A stretch of 64,000 nucleotides of DNA, taken from an uncultured Thermoplasmata archaeon (GTDB taxonomy: Archaea > Thermoplasmatota > Thermoplasmata > UBA10834). Shown here in pieces: positions 19,598 through 30,353 of the stretch. Each line of letters begins with the position of its first letter. Position 1 is the first letter of the stretch. Location: NCBI GenBank assembly GCA_963719945.1, contig CAVRDX010000004.1, positions 160,001 through 224,000 of the forward strand, written 5' to 3'. Under the pieces are notes generated by a model that was not told the origin of the DNA, searched no databases, and was given only the letters and a program-made list of their open reading frames with translations. The position numbers and the translations under genes were made by a program.

Positions 19598-21778
19598 TCA
19601 TCTGTACATCGCATTCGGCGATAGTTTCTCGTATCTCCGGATCTCGTTCTCGGTCATAGGTTCCACGTTCTCCATGGCTGCCTCGAAGTACTTCATGCCG
19701 ACCTTGCGCCCCTTCATCTTCTCCTCGTCTAGGCCGCCACCTTCAAGGACGTAGTCCCTTATCGCTAGCATCACGGCTTCATTGCACACGGCCGCTATCT
19801 CGGCACCCGTGTAGTTGTCCATCTTTGAGGCCAGTTTGTCAAGGTCCACATCGTCGTCCAAAGGTTTACCCTTTGTGTGTATCCTCATTATATCCTTCCT
19901 GGCAGAAAGGTCCGGAGGTCCTATGTAGACCATCCTGTCGAACCTGCCCGGTCTCAGGAGCGCTGGATCGATTATATCTGGTCGGTTTGTCGCTGCGATG
20001 ACGACCACGTTATGGAGCGATTCCAGTCCGTCCATCTCCGTGAGCAACTGGCTGATGACCCTTTCGGTCACACCTGAGTCGCTGGAGTTGCCTCTCACAG
20101 GGGCTATCGCGTCTATCTCGTCCAGGAATATCACGCAGGGCGCGGCCTGCCTGGCCTTCCTGAAAGTCTCCCTGACAGCCTTCTCGCTCTCGCCGACCCA
20201 CTTGGATAGGAATTCCGGCCCCTTCACGCTTATGAAATTCGCCTCGCTCTCGCTCGCGACAGCTTTAGCAAGGAGCGTCTTGCCCGTGCCAGGGGGTCCG
20301 TAGAGCAACAACCCTTTCGGTGGTGTCGCGTTCATGTGCCTGTACAATGCAGAATACTTCAGAGGCCATTCGACGGACTCCATCAATTCCTGCTTCGGCT
20401 TCTCGAGGCCGCCGATCTCCTCCCATTTGACATTGGGCGATTCGACGAGGACCTCTCTGAGAGTGGAAGGTTGCATCTCACGGTATGCGTCCATGAAATC
20501 ATCCATTCGGGCGCGCAGACCGTTCAGCACTTCGACTGGTATCGATTCGGCCTCCATGTCTATTGTTGGAAGGATCTTCCTCAGTGACCGCATCGCAGCT
20601 TCCCTTGTCAGGGCCGCGAGATCGGCACCGACATAACCATGGGTCATAGACGCGAGCTTGTCCAAGTCGACATCGTCATCGAGAGGCATTCCACGGGTGT
20701 GTATCTGCAGTATCTGCAACCTACCCTCCTTGTTCGGTATGCCCATCTCGATCTCACGGTCGAACCTCCCAGGTCTTCTCAGAGCAGGGTCGAGCGCGTT
20801 CGGTCTGTTCGTGGCCCCTATGACCACGACCTTACCCCTGCCCTCGAGCCCGTCCATGAGTGCCAGGAGCTGCGCGACTACCCTTCGCTCCGTCTCTGCA
20901 GTCACCTCGTCCCTCTTCGGCGCGATGCTGTCTATCTCATCGATGAATATGATGCTAGGCGCGTTCTCAGCCGCCTCCTTGAATATGTCTCTGAGCCGCT
21001 CCTCGCTCTCTCCATAGAACTTGCTCATTATCTCGGGACCGCCGATCGATGAGAAGTTCGCGCTCGTCTCCGAGGCGACTGCCTTCGCGAGGAGAGTCTT
21101 CCCTGTCCCTGGCGGACCGTGCAAGAGCACTCCCTTTGGCGCGTCGACCCCCAGCTTCTCGAAGAGCTCTGGATGTCTGAGGGGTAGCTCTATCATCTCT
21201 CTGACCTTGTTCACTTCGTCCGAGAGGCCTCCGATGTCTTCGTAGGCGACCTTGGGTCCTTTCGCGACCTCCTCCTTCGCTGGCTTCTCACTGAGCTTGA
21301 CCTCGGTGAAATTCTGGATCACGACTGCCTCTGCCGAAGGCTGATAACTCTGGACCACGAGGTCGAATCTCCGTCCCATGACATTGACTTCCACGAGGTC
21401 GCCTTTGACCATCGGCCTGCCCTCGAGGGTCTGGACCAGATATTCTTCTCCTCCAAGGAGCTTCAACGGCTGGGTCGGCGCAAAAGTGGCCTTCGTAGCC
21501 GGCTTGGGCACGATCTTCCTTATGCCGACCTTCTCATCCAGGCTCGCGCCTGCGTTCTTCCTGGTGGTCCCATCGATCCTGATGGTACCTCTGTTCTCAT
21601 CCTCTGGGTATCCTTGGTAGACGGTCACTGCTGTATTCCTGGTCCCTTCTATCATGACCGTGTCTCCCTGGTCGAGCTTCAGAATCCGCATCAGTGCAGG
21701 ATCCACCCTGGCGATGCCCTTTCCGTCATCGCCGGTCTTGGCCTGCACCACCCTGAGTATCTTTTCCTTCTTTGTCAT
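19598..21778 (-). CDS. cdc48: Cdc48/VAT AAA+ ATPase
   Basis: Two AAA modules (GPPGTGKT twice, DEID, RPGRFDR); C-terminal HbYX (MYR). Confidence 0.97.
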   Translation of the reverse strand: MTKKEKILRVVQAKTGDDGKGIARVDPALMRILKLDQGDTVMIEGTRNTAVTVYQGYPEDENRGTIRIDGTTRKNAGASLDEKVGIRKIVPKPATKATFAPTQPLKLLGGEEYLVQTLEGRPMVKGDLVEVNVMGRRFDLVVQSYQPSAEAVVIQNFTEVKLSEKPAKEEVAKGPKVAYEDIGGLSDEVNKVREMIELPLRHPELFEKLGVDAPKGVLLHGPPGTGKTLLAKAVASETSANFSSIGGPEIMSKFYGESEERLRDIFKEAAENAPSIIFIDEIDSIAPKRDEVTAETERRVVAQLLALMDGLEGRGKVVVIGATNRPNALDPALRRPGRFDREIEMGIPNKEGRLQILQIHTRGMPLDDDVDLDKLASMTHGYVGADLAALTREAAMRSLRKILPTIDMEAESIPVEVLNGLRARMDDFMDAYREMQPSTLREVLVESPNVKWEEIGGLEKPKQELMESVEWPLKYSALYRHMNATPPKGLLLYGPPGTGKTLLAKAVASESEANFISVKGPEFLSKWVGESEKAVRETFRKARQAAPCVIFLDEIDAIAPVRGNSSDSGVTERVISQLLTEMDGLESLHNVVVIAATNRPDIIDPALLRPGRFDRMVYIGPPDLSARKDIMRIHTKGKPLDDDVDLDKLASKMDNYTGAEIAAVCNEAVMLAIRDYVLEGGGLDEEKMKGRKVGMKYFEAAMENVEPMTENEIRRYEKLSPNAMYR

Positions 21779-21850
21779 ATTAAGCACCGATCATACCTGT
21801 GAATGTCTTTGAAAAAGGTGAGATGGAAGTGATTTCGTTTCCCTCGTTGA

Positions 21851-22354
21851 TCACTTTATCGCGACTTTCTTGGTCTTCTTCTCTGGAGGAGCGGCCTTCG
21901 GTAATCTCACGGATAGCACTCCGTCCTTCAGCTCCGCTTCGACCTTATCGGTCACTACGTTTTCTGGCAGAGGCACGGATCTGTAGAACTTGGAGTATCT
22001 GCGTTCCCTTCGGATGTAGCCAGTCTCCTTGTCCTCCTCTTTCTCCTCGGCCTGTGTCTCCCCAGATATCTCAAGACCACTTTCGGTGACCTCGATCTTG
22101 AGATCGTCTTTCTTGATGCCAGGGATCTCAGCCGTAACCAGGAACTCCTTCCCGTTGTCCACTAGGTCGATCAACGGCTGCCTGACCATCTCTGTCGTCA
22201 GCGCCTTGGGCGTGACGAACATCGTCTCCCATTCTGATTTGAAATCATCGAATATTCGGTCCATGTCACTGAGCAATGACCATGGGTTCACCATGCTGGG
22301 GCCCCAGTAGTCAGAGGGCACCAATCCTTCGCGTCTGTCCTTTCTTCTTATCAT
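21851..22354 (-). CDS. hsp20: Small heat shock protein (Hsp20)
   Basis: Alpha-crystallin domain: AEIPG, RERRYSKFYR, AELKDGVL.V.LPK, C-terminal VAI; ATG after GAGGTGA. Confidence 0.93.
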   Translation of the reverse strand: MIRRKDRREGLVPSDYWGPSMVNPWSLLSDMDRIFDDFKSEWETMFVTPKALTTEMVRQPLIDLVDNGKEFLVTAEIPGIKKDDLKIEVTESGLEISGETQAEEKEEDKETGYIRRERRYSKFYRSVPLPENVVTDKVEAELKDGVLSVRLPKAAPPEKKTKKVAIK

Positions 22355-22533
22355 CTCATTCACCTCTGAATTTCGATGAGGTCTTGGACCTCCGAGTCAA
22401 TTATGTTTGCACTTCTATATGAAACTTGTGACTTCTCTGTAAGGGCCCAGCGCATCGCTCTTTTCCTCGGACGAAGCTTCGCACCCCCCTCTTCTGGAAC
22501 ACTAATAATACCTGGTCATGATATCCTCGCTGA

Positions 22534-23589
22534 ATGCCTGGAGTGCTCAAAGGTCGAGAAGTCGTGGTGAATGACCAATCCGAGTCGAGTCAGGTCTACA
22601 ACAAAGGATACTATGGTGTCCCTCAGTCTGGCGGAAGCCTCAAGATGGACATCATGGAAGCCACCTACCTCGTCGAATGCGGGCGGTTGGAGGTCCTGTC
22701 CGAGGGAAAACCCGTTGGCGCTGGCGAACTTCTAAGGCTCGCCCACAAGACATCGGAAGGTTTCGAGGTCAGGTATCTGGTGTACAGGGAGCTGAGGCAG
22801 AGAGGGTATATCGTGAAGCTCAGCAGCCCCCCACTGGATTTTAGAGTGTTCCCCAGAGGTGGCTCGCCCAACAAGACCCCCAGCAAGTGGTGGGTCGCAG
22901 CCATATCCGAACGGTCCACATTCGACCTGGGCGACCTGTTGACCAATCTTGATCACACATCCGATGTCAGGAAGAAGTTGCTCCTGGCAGTCGTGGACGA
23001 GGAGAGCGATGTGACATACTATGATGTCAGGCGCATCACTCCAAAGGGCAGGCTGGGTGCTGTAGACGTCAGCGTTCCATCCGAAGGTTTGCTCATGGCG
23101 GACAGGGTCCTCGTGGATGATCAGGATTCGTTGAAGGCATTGCACGGAGGGCACTCCTTCGGCAAGATGATAGGTGCTGCGCTGCAACTGTCCCTGATCG
23201 AGGCGGTCTTCCTGACGGAGCTGGGCGCCCTGAAGCTCAGGGACGCGAAGACGAACCGTCCGCTCAGCCTCGCGACTCTCAAGAAACGTGCGCGAGCGGT
23301 GCAGCCGGATTTCGACCTGCGTCTCGATGCCTTCAAGGACCTGAAGGGGAAGGGATTGATTGTCAAGACTGGGTTCAAGTACGGTTCCCATTTCCGCGCA
23401 TATGAGGGCGACCCTGACAAGCAGCACGCGCGCTTCCTGATCCATGCCGTGCCAGAGAGCTATACCACCATGTGGCCGGAGGTCAGCAGGGCAGTGCGAT
23501 TAGCACACGGTGTCAAGAAGGAGATACTCCTGGGACGCGTGAAGAAGGATACGGTCGAATATGTCTGCCTTAACCGATTCAGACCGTGA
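22534..23589 (+). CDS. endA: tRNA-intron endonuclease (two-unit alpha2 type)
   Basis: Duplicated units; KTGFKYGSHFRAY, HA, RLAHGVKK catalytic Tyr/His/Lys. Confidence 0.94.
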   Translation: MPGVLKGREVVVNDQSESSQVYNKGYYGVPQSGGSLKMDIMEATYLVECGRLEVLSEGKPVGAGELLRLAHKTSEGFEVRYLVYRELRQRGYIVKLSSPPLDFRVFPRGGSPNKTPSKWWVAAISERSTFDLGDLLTNLDHTSDVRKKLLLAVVDEESDVTYYDVRRITPKGRLGAVDVSVPSEGLLMADRVLVDDQDSLKALHGGHSFGKMIGAALQLSLIEAVFLTELGALKLRDAKTNRPLSLATLKKRARAVQPDFDLRLDAFKDLKGKGLIVKTGFKYGSHFRAYEGDPDKQHARFLIHAVPESYTTMWPEVSRAVRLAHGVKKEILLGRVKKDTVEYVCLNRFRP

Positions 23590-23748
23590 TCATATCCTGG
23601 GACTTCCACCTGATTTGTAGAGCTGGTCTCTCCATGGGACCTGTTTGTAGCGTTTACAGTATTCGTCGATCCTGTCTCTGTACTCCATCGACGGCAAGAT
23701 TCCCTTGCACTCTATGCCGAAACGATCGCAGTCGTAGCAGGATACCAT
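23590..23748 (-). CDS. 52-aa four-Cys microprotein (MVSCYDCDRFGIECKGILPSMEYRDRIDEYCKRYKQVPWRDQLYKSGGSPRI)
   Basis: ATG..TGA fills the endA-gap gap; CxxC-x6-C-x16-C; TTATTA about 26-31 nt upstream. Confidence 0.65.
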   Translation of the reverse strand: MVSCYDCDRFGIECKGILPSMEYRDRIDEYCKRYKQVPWRDQLYKSGGSPRI

Positions 23749-23804
23749 GGCAATACTGCTAGCTCGCGCGGACTAATAATCATTGGCACGGCATCCCGGA
23801 AGTA

Positions 23805-24815
23805 TCACAGGAGCTTGCCAGTGAGTTCCACGAGTCTGTTCGCGTATCCCCACTCGTTGTCGTACCACGACATTATCTTCGCGGCATGGCCCTTGCCGCC
23901 TATGACCATCGTGGAGAGCGAGTCTATGACGCTCGAGTGCGGGTTGCCCACGACGTCCATGGAGACGATCGGTTCCTCGCAGAACTCCATCACGCCCTTC
24001 ATCGGTCCCTCGGCCGCCTGCTTCAACGCTACGTTGATCTCCTCGGCCGTGACCTCCGCCTTCGTAGTGAAGCTCAGGTCGGTCACTGAGCCGACTGGTG
24101 TCGGTACCCTGAGCGCCAGACCGTTCATCTTGCCCTTCAGCGCGGGAACCACCAATCCGATCGCCTTCGCGGCTCCGGTCGATGTCGGTATGATGGAGAG
24201 TGCGGCGGCCCTGCCCCTTCTCAGATCCTTGTGCGGCAGATCGATGAGCTTCTGGTCACCGGTGTATGCGTGTATCGTCGTCATCATGCCATGCTCGATG
24301 CCGAACGTGTCATTGATTATCTTCGCCGGAGGCGCCAGACTTCCCGTTGTGCAGGATGCCATGCTCACGACGTTGTGTATCGTCCTGTCATAGGTGTCCA
24401 TATTCACGCCGATGACCAGGGTCGCGTCCGCATCCTTGGATGGAGCGGATATTATGACCTTCCTCGCGCCGCCGACCATGTGCTTGGCCGCCTTCTCCTT
24501 GTCAGTGAACAATCCAGTGGATTCTATTACGACATCGACGCCGAACTTCTTCCACGGGATCTCCGAAGGCTCCTTGATCTGGGTGATCTCGAACCTGCTG
24601 CCTCCCACGGTGACTCCGGATGCATCCTTCTTTACCTCTTTGCCTATCTTGCCATAGACCGAGTCCCACTTGAGCAGGTATGCCAGCGAGTCTAGGGGTG
24701 CGATGTCGTTGACCGCGACGATCTCGAAGTCCTTGCCATAGCCTTCCTTCTCGACCGCAGCCCTGTAAACGTTCCTTCCGATTCTTCCGAATCCGTTGAT
24801 CCCTATCTTGATCAA
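23805..24815 (-). CDS. gap: Class I (bacterial-type) glyceraldehyde-3-phosphate dehydrogenase
   Basis: KIGINGFGRIGR, ASCTT, TTIHAYT, IIPTSTGAAKA, SWYDNEWGY; TTG start after GGGGAG. Confidence 0.95.
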   Translation of the reverse strand: MIKIGINGFGRIGRNVYRAAVEKEGYGKDFEIVAVNDIAPLDSLAYLLKWDSVYGKIGKEVKKDASGVTVGGSRFEITQIKEPSEIPWKKFGVDVVIESTGLFTDKEKAAKHMVGGARKVIISAPSKDADATLVIGVNMDTYDRTIHNVVSMASCTTGSLAPPAKIINDTFGIEHGMMTTIHAYTGDQKLIDLPHKDLRRGRAAALSIIPTSTGAAKAIGLVVPALKGKMNGLALRVPTPVGSVTDLSFTTKAEVTAEEINVALKQAAEGPMKGVMEFCEEPIVSMDVVGNPHSSVIDSLSTMVIGGKGHAAKIMSWYDNEWGYANRLVELTGKLL

Positions 24816-24994
24816 GGTGTTCTCCCCGTCATGCCTAAGGTCAGGACTGCATAAAAAGTTGTCCGTTTCACCACTCGGACAAAGCTCAGAAAGGCGCCAC
24901 AATGATTGGATCCTCTGACCTATGATGCCTCCTTGGTTCACAGTGAAATCCCTTGTCCGAAGGATTGGATCGAGAGTTGAGACGCACTCCCTTA

Positions 24995-25738
24995 TCACCA
25001 GGTATGGAACGTGGCCATGGCATACGGACCATCATCATCGAGCACTTCGATCGAGAGGATGCCTGGGGGAGCATCAAGGGCCATGTCCCCTTCCATGATC
25101 CAAGTCAGTAGATTCCCTGTATTATTCCCCCATGCGTTGTAGATCGAATATCCTGTTTCATTGGAGACCCAGACCTGTGCCCGATCACCATCCTGATCCG
25201 GGTCCTCGATCGTTATGGCATAGTGCCAGCAATCATCAGGTTCACTGTAAGTCAACATGATTCCAAGCACCTGAGGAAAGATCGGTCTATCCATTGGCAG
25301 ACTGATATTTGCACCTTCGAGATGCGCAGATCCAAAGGTTGTTGGAAGTTCAGTACCTCCAAATGTGCAATTCAGGTAGATCTCGATTCTATAATCGCCG
25401 GGTTCCATATTCTGCAGGTTCAGCTTCTCCTGCATCGAACTACCATAGATAATTGGCGAACGTCCCTGAGCGAATGCGCATTCGCCAGTTTCTTCGTAAT
25501 AGCCCTTCACCAATAGGGCAGAATATATCGGTGTCGAGGGCAAATCATCCGTGAGGTTGATCCATAACCACGGATAGTATGATCCAGATTCGATGCTCCA
25601 TGATTCTACGCTGATTACATTCTCCGAATCATCATTCACGTTTCTGCCTATGTCATAATTATAAGCGATTGCCACTGATAGCAAGATGGCCGTGACCGTC
25701 ACAATGGCGATAAACTGTTTGCGATTGATAGGTGCCAT
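24995..25738 (-). CDS. Hypothetical secreted/membrane-anchored protein
   Basis: N-terminal hydrophobic helix, then an acidic beta-rich domain. Confidence 0.7.
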   Translation of the reverse strand: MAPINRKQFIAIVTVTAILLSVAIAYNYDIGRNVNDDSENVISVESWSIESGSYYPWLWINLTDDLPSTPIYSALLVKGYYEETGECAFAQGRSPIIYGSSMQEKLNLQNMEPGDYRIEIYLNCTFGGTELPTTFGSAHLEGANISLPMDRPIFPQVLGIMLTYSEPDDCWHYAITIEDPDQDGDRAQVWVSNETGYSIYNAWGNNTGNLLTWIMEGDMALDAPPGILSIEVLDDDGPYAMATFHTW

Positions 25739-25901
25739 AATCGAATGCCCCGAATCTCGAATGGACCTCGTAGCCGTGAATCACGATATCAAACTATTCT
25801 CGGCTACTTGTCAGATATTGAAAAACGCCGAATGACTGTCCGTATCTCGCGAAATTGATGATGTTTGAGTTTGGGGAAAAGGTTTGATCCTTCGCAGAAT
25901 A

Positions 25902-26834
25902 TCAGAGCTGGACTTCGATACCGAGCTTCTCAGTGAGCTCCTTGTACCTGTTCCTGATGGTGACCTCAGTGACACCGGCTATGTCCGCCACCTCTCTCTG
26001 CGTCCTGCGCTCGTTGCACAGGATAGACGAGATGTAGATCGCGGCCGCGGCCACTCCAGTCGGTCCCCTTCCGGAGGTGAGTTCCTTCTTCGCAGCGTCC
26101 TTGAGTATCTCCGCTGCCTTCGCCTGGACCTCTCCGGAGAGTTTCAGCTCCGAGCAGAATCTGGACACATAGTCCTGAGGCTTGGTCGGCATGAGCTTCA
26201 GCTTGAGCTCCCTCGTCATGAACCTGTATGTCCTGCCGATCTCCTTGCGACCGACCCTGGACGAGTTAGCGACTTCATCTAGGGTCCTGGGCACATTGCA
26301 CTGCCTGCAGGCTGCGTACAACGATGCCGCAACGACTCCCTCGATGCTCCTGCCACGTATGAGGTTCTTGTTGACCGCCTTTCTGTAAGTCATCGCGGCG
26401 GTCTCCCTCACATTCCTCGGCAATCCCATCGACGAGGCCATGCGATCGAGTTCGCTCAGTGCGAACGCGAGGTTCCTCTCGGTAGCGTTCGATACACGTA
26501 TCCTGCGCTGCCACTTTCTCAATCTGTACAACTGGGCCCTGTTCCTCGTTGGGATGCTCTTCCCGTACGAGTCCTTGTTCTTCCAAGATATCTCCGTGGA
26601 GAGACCCTTGTCGTGGATGGTGTATGTCATCGGCGCGCCCGTCCTCGCCCTCTTCTCTCCCTGCTCCACATCGAAGGCCCTCCATTCGGGCCCTTGGTCT
26701 ATCAGCTGGTCGTCCAGGACTATTCCGCAGTCCTCGCAGACGAGTTCTCCACGCTCGTAGTCTCTCACAAGATGAGCGCTGTTGCATTCAGGGCATCTCT
26801 CGACCTGCTCAGTCTCTTCTCTTACCTTTGCCAT
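25902..26834 (-). CDS. tfb: Transcription initiation factor IIB
   Basis: Zn ribbon CPEC..CEDCG, GPEWRAF, HDKGLST, two cyclin repeats, [13 protein letters not shown]. Confidence 0.97.
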   Translation of the reverse strand: MAKVREETEQVERCPECNSAHLVRDYERGELVCEDCGIVLDDQLIDQGPEWRAFDVEQGEKRARTGAPMTYTIHDKGLSTEISWKNKDSYGKSIPTRNRAQLYRLRKWQRRIRVSNATERNLAFALSELDRMASSMGLPRNVRETAAMTYRKAVNKNLIRGRSIEGVVAASLYAACRQCNVPRTLDEVANSSRVGRKEIGRTYRFMTRELKLKLMPTKPQDYVSRFCSELKLSGEVQAKAAEILKDAAKKELTSGRGPTGVAAAAIYISSILCNERRTQREVADIAGVTEVTIRNRYKELTEKLGIEVQL

Positions 26835-27069
26835 GGTCCCACTCCTGTTGAACGTAGACTTCCTTGCCGAGCACAGCAAGTGTCCTGAGTTCTCTTCGCG
26901 GTTCTATTGCCACATAAGGCGACCGGGTCGGACCAAAAACCTTCACCACTCTTCCGACCTCCCCCTTCAAGTTATCCCTCACGATGGTTCTTACATTCGG
27001 CGCGAACCGAGCTTTGACAATGAGCCTCCCGTCGTGGGAAATATCCTGAACCACTCCGAGAAGCTGCAA
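26809..27069 (-). CDS. gar1: Gar1/Naf1 H/ACA RNP protein
   Basis: G.V.KVFGP..SPYV motif; conserved gar1-tfb gene order. Confidence 0.85.
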   Translation of the reverse strand: MQLLGVVQDISHDGRLIVKARFAPNVRTIVRDNLKGEVGRVVKVFGPTRSPYVAIEPRRELRTLAVLGKEVYVQQEWDHGKGKRRD

Positions 27070-27081
27070 AGTCTCACCGAA

Positions 27082-27166
27082 TTGTATATATAATTTGTGC
27101 TGAGCGCCCTATGTGTATAGTTATATATAATGTTTTTCTCAATGTATATAAGGTTTGAGCATATAT
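27082..27166. promoter_or_regulatory. Cluster of TATA-like boxes in the divergent gar1-tfb / pps intergenic region
   Basis: TATATATAA at 27085 and 27122, TATATAA at 27145, ATATAT at 27161. Confidence 0.55.
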
Positions 27167-27223
27167 CTGGATCATCCTGGAGCCGGTCCCGTTCACGAGG
27201 GAGCGGCCTTGAGAAGGTTTACC

Positions 27224-27970
27224 ATGACGAATATTCCCAAGAGTCATCCTCGATACGATTCCCTGATGCTCAGGGAGCGGCTAGTGGCAGGCTTTAACGA
27301 TGGTATAGTGGCCGCACAAGGGCTGATAGCACATGGACGGGGAGAGATGTTCTACTACCTCCTCGGGGAGAGGACGACAAAGGATGCAAGGGTCGCAGAA
27401 CGCGTCGCGGCCGCGCTCCTTCTGCGGTCGAAAAAAGCCGTCATATCCGTCAACGGGAATGTCGCTGCGCTTTGCCCCGACGAGGTCGTTCGCTTGGCAG
27501 AAGTGACCGGCGCGAGGATCGAGGTCGGCCTCTTCCATCGGTCGGATCAACGGGTCGCGAAGATACAGAAGGTTTTGGAGGATCATGGTGCAAAGGACGT
27601 TCTCGGCATGCTACCCGACGCCCATCTCGAAGGTGTCGATAGCATGCGGGGACTATGCTGCAGCGACGGCATCCACGCAGCGGACGTGGTGCTCATACCG
27701 CTCGAGGACGGGGACCGTGCCGAAGCCCTGTCGAGGATGGGAAAGAAGACAGTGGTGATCGACTTGAATCCATTGTCGCGGACTTCCCGGTCCGGAACGG
27801 TCACGATTGTCGATGAGGTCACGAAGGCGCTTCCAGAGATATCACTGTTCGCGGAGGAACTGGAGGACGATGAATCCGAACAGGAACGTATACTCGCGGC
27901 ATATGACCGCGACGCAAACCTCCGAGCAGTCATTAAAGCGATTCAGGGCAACCTTGACAAGCTAGGGTGA
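27224..27970 (+). CDS. pps: 4-phosphopantoate--beta-alanine ligase (archaeal phosphopantothenate synthetase)
   Basis: IPKSHPRY.SL..RE, GLIAHGRGE, VISVNGN, PLEDGDR, IDLNPLSRT. Confidence 0.92.
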   Translation: MTNIPKSHPRYDSLMLRERLVAGFNDGIVAAQGLIAHGRGEMFYYLLGERTTKDARVAERVAAALLLRSKKAVISVNGNVAALCPDEVVRLAEVTGARIEVGLFHRSDQRVAKIQKVLEDHGAKDVLGMLPDAHLEGVDSMRGLCCSDGIHAADVVLIPLEDGDRAEALSRMGKKTVVIDLNPLSRTSRSGTVTIVDEVTKALPEISLFAEELEDDESEQERILAAYDRDANLRAVIKAIQGNLDKLG

Positions 27971-28032
27971 CTCCCACACCTAGTGATTCAACAACAGTTA
28001 TCTACCAAACAACCGATGCGATTCATGATATC

Positions 28033-29277
28033 ATGGCCAAGAACGAGCTGGTCGAAAAGGGCGTACGCAGGATAGAATGGGCACGGACGCATATGCCGGT
28101 GCTCGCGAAGATACGCGATAGGATGGTCAAGGAGCAGATCTTCGAAGGACTCAAGGTCGGCATGGCCCTTCACACGGAGGCTAAGACGGCCGTGCTCGCA
28201 TTGACGATCCAAGAGGCGGGAGCGGAGGTCCGCCTGTCCAGCTGCAACCCACTTTCGACCGACGATTCCGTCGCCGTCGCACTGAACGAGAAGTACGGAC
28301 TCGAGACATATGCCAAGAAGGGGCAGAACAACAAGGACTACTACGCCTCTCTCAACGCAGTGTTGGATATGAAGCCGGATTATGTTATCGATGATGGAGC
28401 CGACCTCATATTCCTGCTCCATACCAAGCGCAAAGAGCTTCTTTCGAGGATCAAGGGCGCGAACGAGGAGACCACTACCGGAGTGCTCCGCCTGAGGGCA
28501 ATGGCACAGCAGGGCGCGCTCAAGTTCCCAGTGATGTCCGTCAATGATGCTTATATGAAGTATCTGTTCGACAACCGTTATGGCACAGGCCAGTCGACTA
28601 TGGACGGCTTCATGGCCGCGACGAACCTGGTGATCGCTGGCAAGAACTTCGTGATTGCTGGCTATGGATGGTGCGGCCGGGGCATAGCCATGCGCGCGAA
28701 GGGCATGGGTGCAGACGTCACCATCTGTGAGGTGGACCCGATCCGGGCAATAGAGGCGAAATTGGACGGCTTCGCAGTCATGCCGATGAGGGATGCAGTG
28801 AAGAATGCCGATATACTGGTCTCGGCCACTGGCTGCAAGGACGTCGTGACGACTCAGGATATGAAGGCCATGAAGAATGGCTGCATCCTCGCGAATTCCG
28901 GGCATTTCGACAACGAGATCTCGAAGACCGATCTGATGAAACTGGCCAAATCGAAGAAGAAGGTCAGAGATTCGGTGGACGAGTATGTGCTGAAGAACGG
29001 TAAGCGACTCTACCTCCTTGCAGATGGCCGCCTGGTCAACCTCGCAGCGGGGCAGGGTCATCCCGCGGAGATCATGGACATGAGCTTCGCCATCCAGGCG
29101 CTGTGTCTGGAGTATCTGGACTTCAGCGCTCAGACATTGGAACCCGCGGTCTACGATGTGCCTGACCACCTCGATGAGCTCGTCGCCCGACTGAAACTTC
29201 AGACGATGGGCATCAAGATCGACAAGCTGTCGAAGGAACAACAGCAATATGTCCGAAGCTGGAAGGAAGGTACATAA
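28033..29277 (+). CDS. ahcY: S-adenosylhomocysteine (or S-inosylhomocysteine) hydrolase
   Basis: SCNPLST, EETTTG, KYLFDNRYGTGQS, GYGWCGRG, GRLVNL..GQGHP. Confidence 0.96.
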   Translation: MAKNELVEKGVRRIEWARTHMPVLAKIRDRMVKEQIFEGLKVGMALHTEAKTAVLALTIQEAGAEVRLSSCNPLSTDDSVAVALNEKYGLETYAKKGQNNKDYYASLNAVLDMKPDYVIDDGADLIFLLHTKRKELLSRIKGANEETTTGVLRLRAMAQQGALKFPVMSVNDAYMKYLFDNRYGTGQSTMDGFMAATNLVIAGKNFVIAGYGWCGRGIAMRAKGMGADVTICEVDPIRAIEAKLDGFAVMPMRDAVKNADILVSATGCKDVVTTQDMKAMKNGCILANSGHFDNEISKTDLMKLAKSKKKVRDSVDEYVLKNGKRLYLLADGRLVNLAAGQGHPAEIMDMSFAIQALCLEYLDFSAQTLEPAVYDVPDHLDELVARLKLQTMGIKIDKLSKEQQQYVRSWKEGT

Positions 29278-29397
29278 TAGTACACCGAACCGATCCGCGC
29301 GGGCATTATCAGGGCACTTTTCGCCGTTAATCGGGCCCGTCCTATCCGATTTTTCAAGTATCAAGGACCCGATACAGGAAACTCGGAGGGGCGAATC

Positions 29398-30321
29398 TTG
29401 CGGAAGAACAACTTCCTTGGAGTCTACGGACACACCGCTATCGACATCATCTACTCCTCAGACGAATTTCCTCAGCCGAACACCTGTGTGGAACTGAAAG
29501 GCCGCAAGGAGTTGTACGGTGGTACTGGCGCGAATGTCGCCAGAATCGCAGCATCTCTGGGGGTCCCGACCGCACTCGCGAGTCACGTGGGAGCTGATTT
29601 TCCGAAAGAGTTTATGGAGTCGCTCCGAGCAGAAGGCGTCGACACAGTGGATGTCGTCAAGGTCCGAGGCCAGAGGACTCCGTTTGTGATCATGATCTCT
29701 GACAAGGAGCACAACCAGATCGGTTTCGTCGAACAAGGGGCCGTGCTCGAGTCGGAGAAGCTGCCGCTGCGGACGCATACAGTAGACACGTCGCGGTTCG
29801 TTCATGTGGGCACGGGCCGTCCAAACTATATGCTCAAAGTGGCAAAACGGGCGAAGCGTAAGAAACGGACCGTCTGCTTCGATCCGGCTCAAGAACTTCA
29901 TTACGTCTACAATCCAGAGACATTCAAGCTGGTGCTGGAGCAGAGCGACATCTTCTTCGCGAACTCCTCCGAATTGGAGCGGGCGAAGGAATATCTGAAT
30001 CTCAAAGAAGATCCGGAGCTCCTGTCATACGTCAAGATGGTCATCCATACGAAGGGTGCCGACGGTAGCAGGATACTCTCAGCCGACGACGATCTTATCG
30101 TGGGTGCGATACAGCCAGATAAAGTGATCGATACGACCGGTGCGGGAGATGCCTTCCGCGCAGGATTCTATGCAGGTCTCTTCAAATCTCTGCCTATCGA
30201 AGAATGTGCCTGGATCGGCGCATCCGTGGCTTCTTTTGTCGTCGAGAGCGTCGGTGCTCAGAGCGCGCTCCCCTCCTGGGATATGGTACAGAGAAGGGCT
30301 GCGCGGAGGAAGTACGTTTGA
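29398..30321 (+). CDS. PfkB-family carbohydrate/nucleoside kinase
   Basis: GGTGANVA, DPAQ, DTTGAGDAF. Confidence 0.9.
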   Translation: MRKNNFLGVYGHTAIDIIYSSDEFPQPNTCVELKGRKELYGGTGANVARIAASLGVPTALASHVGADFPKEFMESLRAEGVDTVDVVKVRGQRTPFVIMISDKEHNQIGFVEQGAVLESEKLPLRTHTVDTSRFVHVGTGRPNYMLKVAKRAKRKKRTVCFDPAQELHYVYNPETFKLVLEQSDIFFANSSELERAKEYLNLKEDPELLSYVKMVIHTKGADGSRILSADDDLIVGAIQPDKVIDTTGAGDAFRAGFYAGLFKSLPIEECAWIGASVASFVVESVGAQSALPSWDMVQRRAARRKYV

Positions 30322-30353
30322 GTGACGGGCCTGAGACAAGCACTGCCTCACAG

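Noticed and set aside
24895-24950. C/D-like boxes upstream of gap
   Set aside because: The C boxes are imperfect and the spacing leaves too short a guide.
27335-27365. PPS motif reads GRGEMFYYL instead of the usual GRGEAFDYL
   Set aside because: An isolated substitution with all other motifs intact; no functional change can be inferred.
27988-29433. 481-aa antisense ORF over ahcY (and similar long shadow ORFs at 6223, 32209, 47470, 55822, 60179)
   Set aside because: They lie antisense to well-conserved genes and show no recognisable motifs; typical shadow frames from codon bias.
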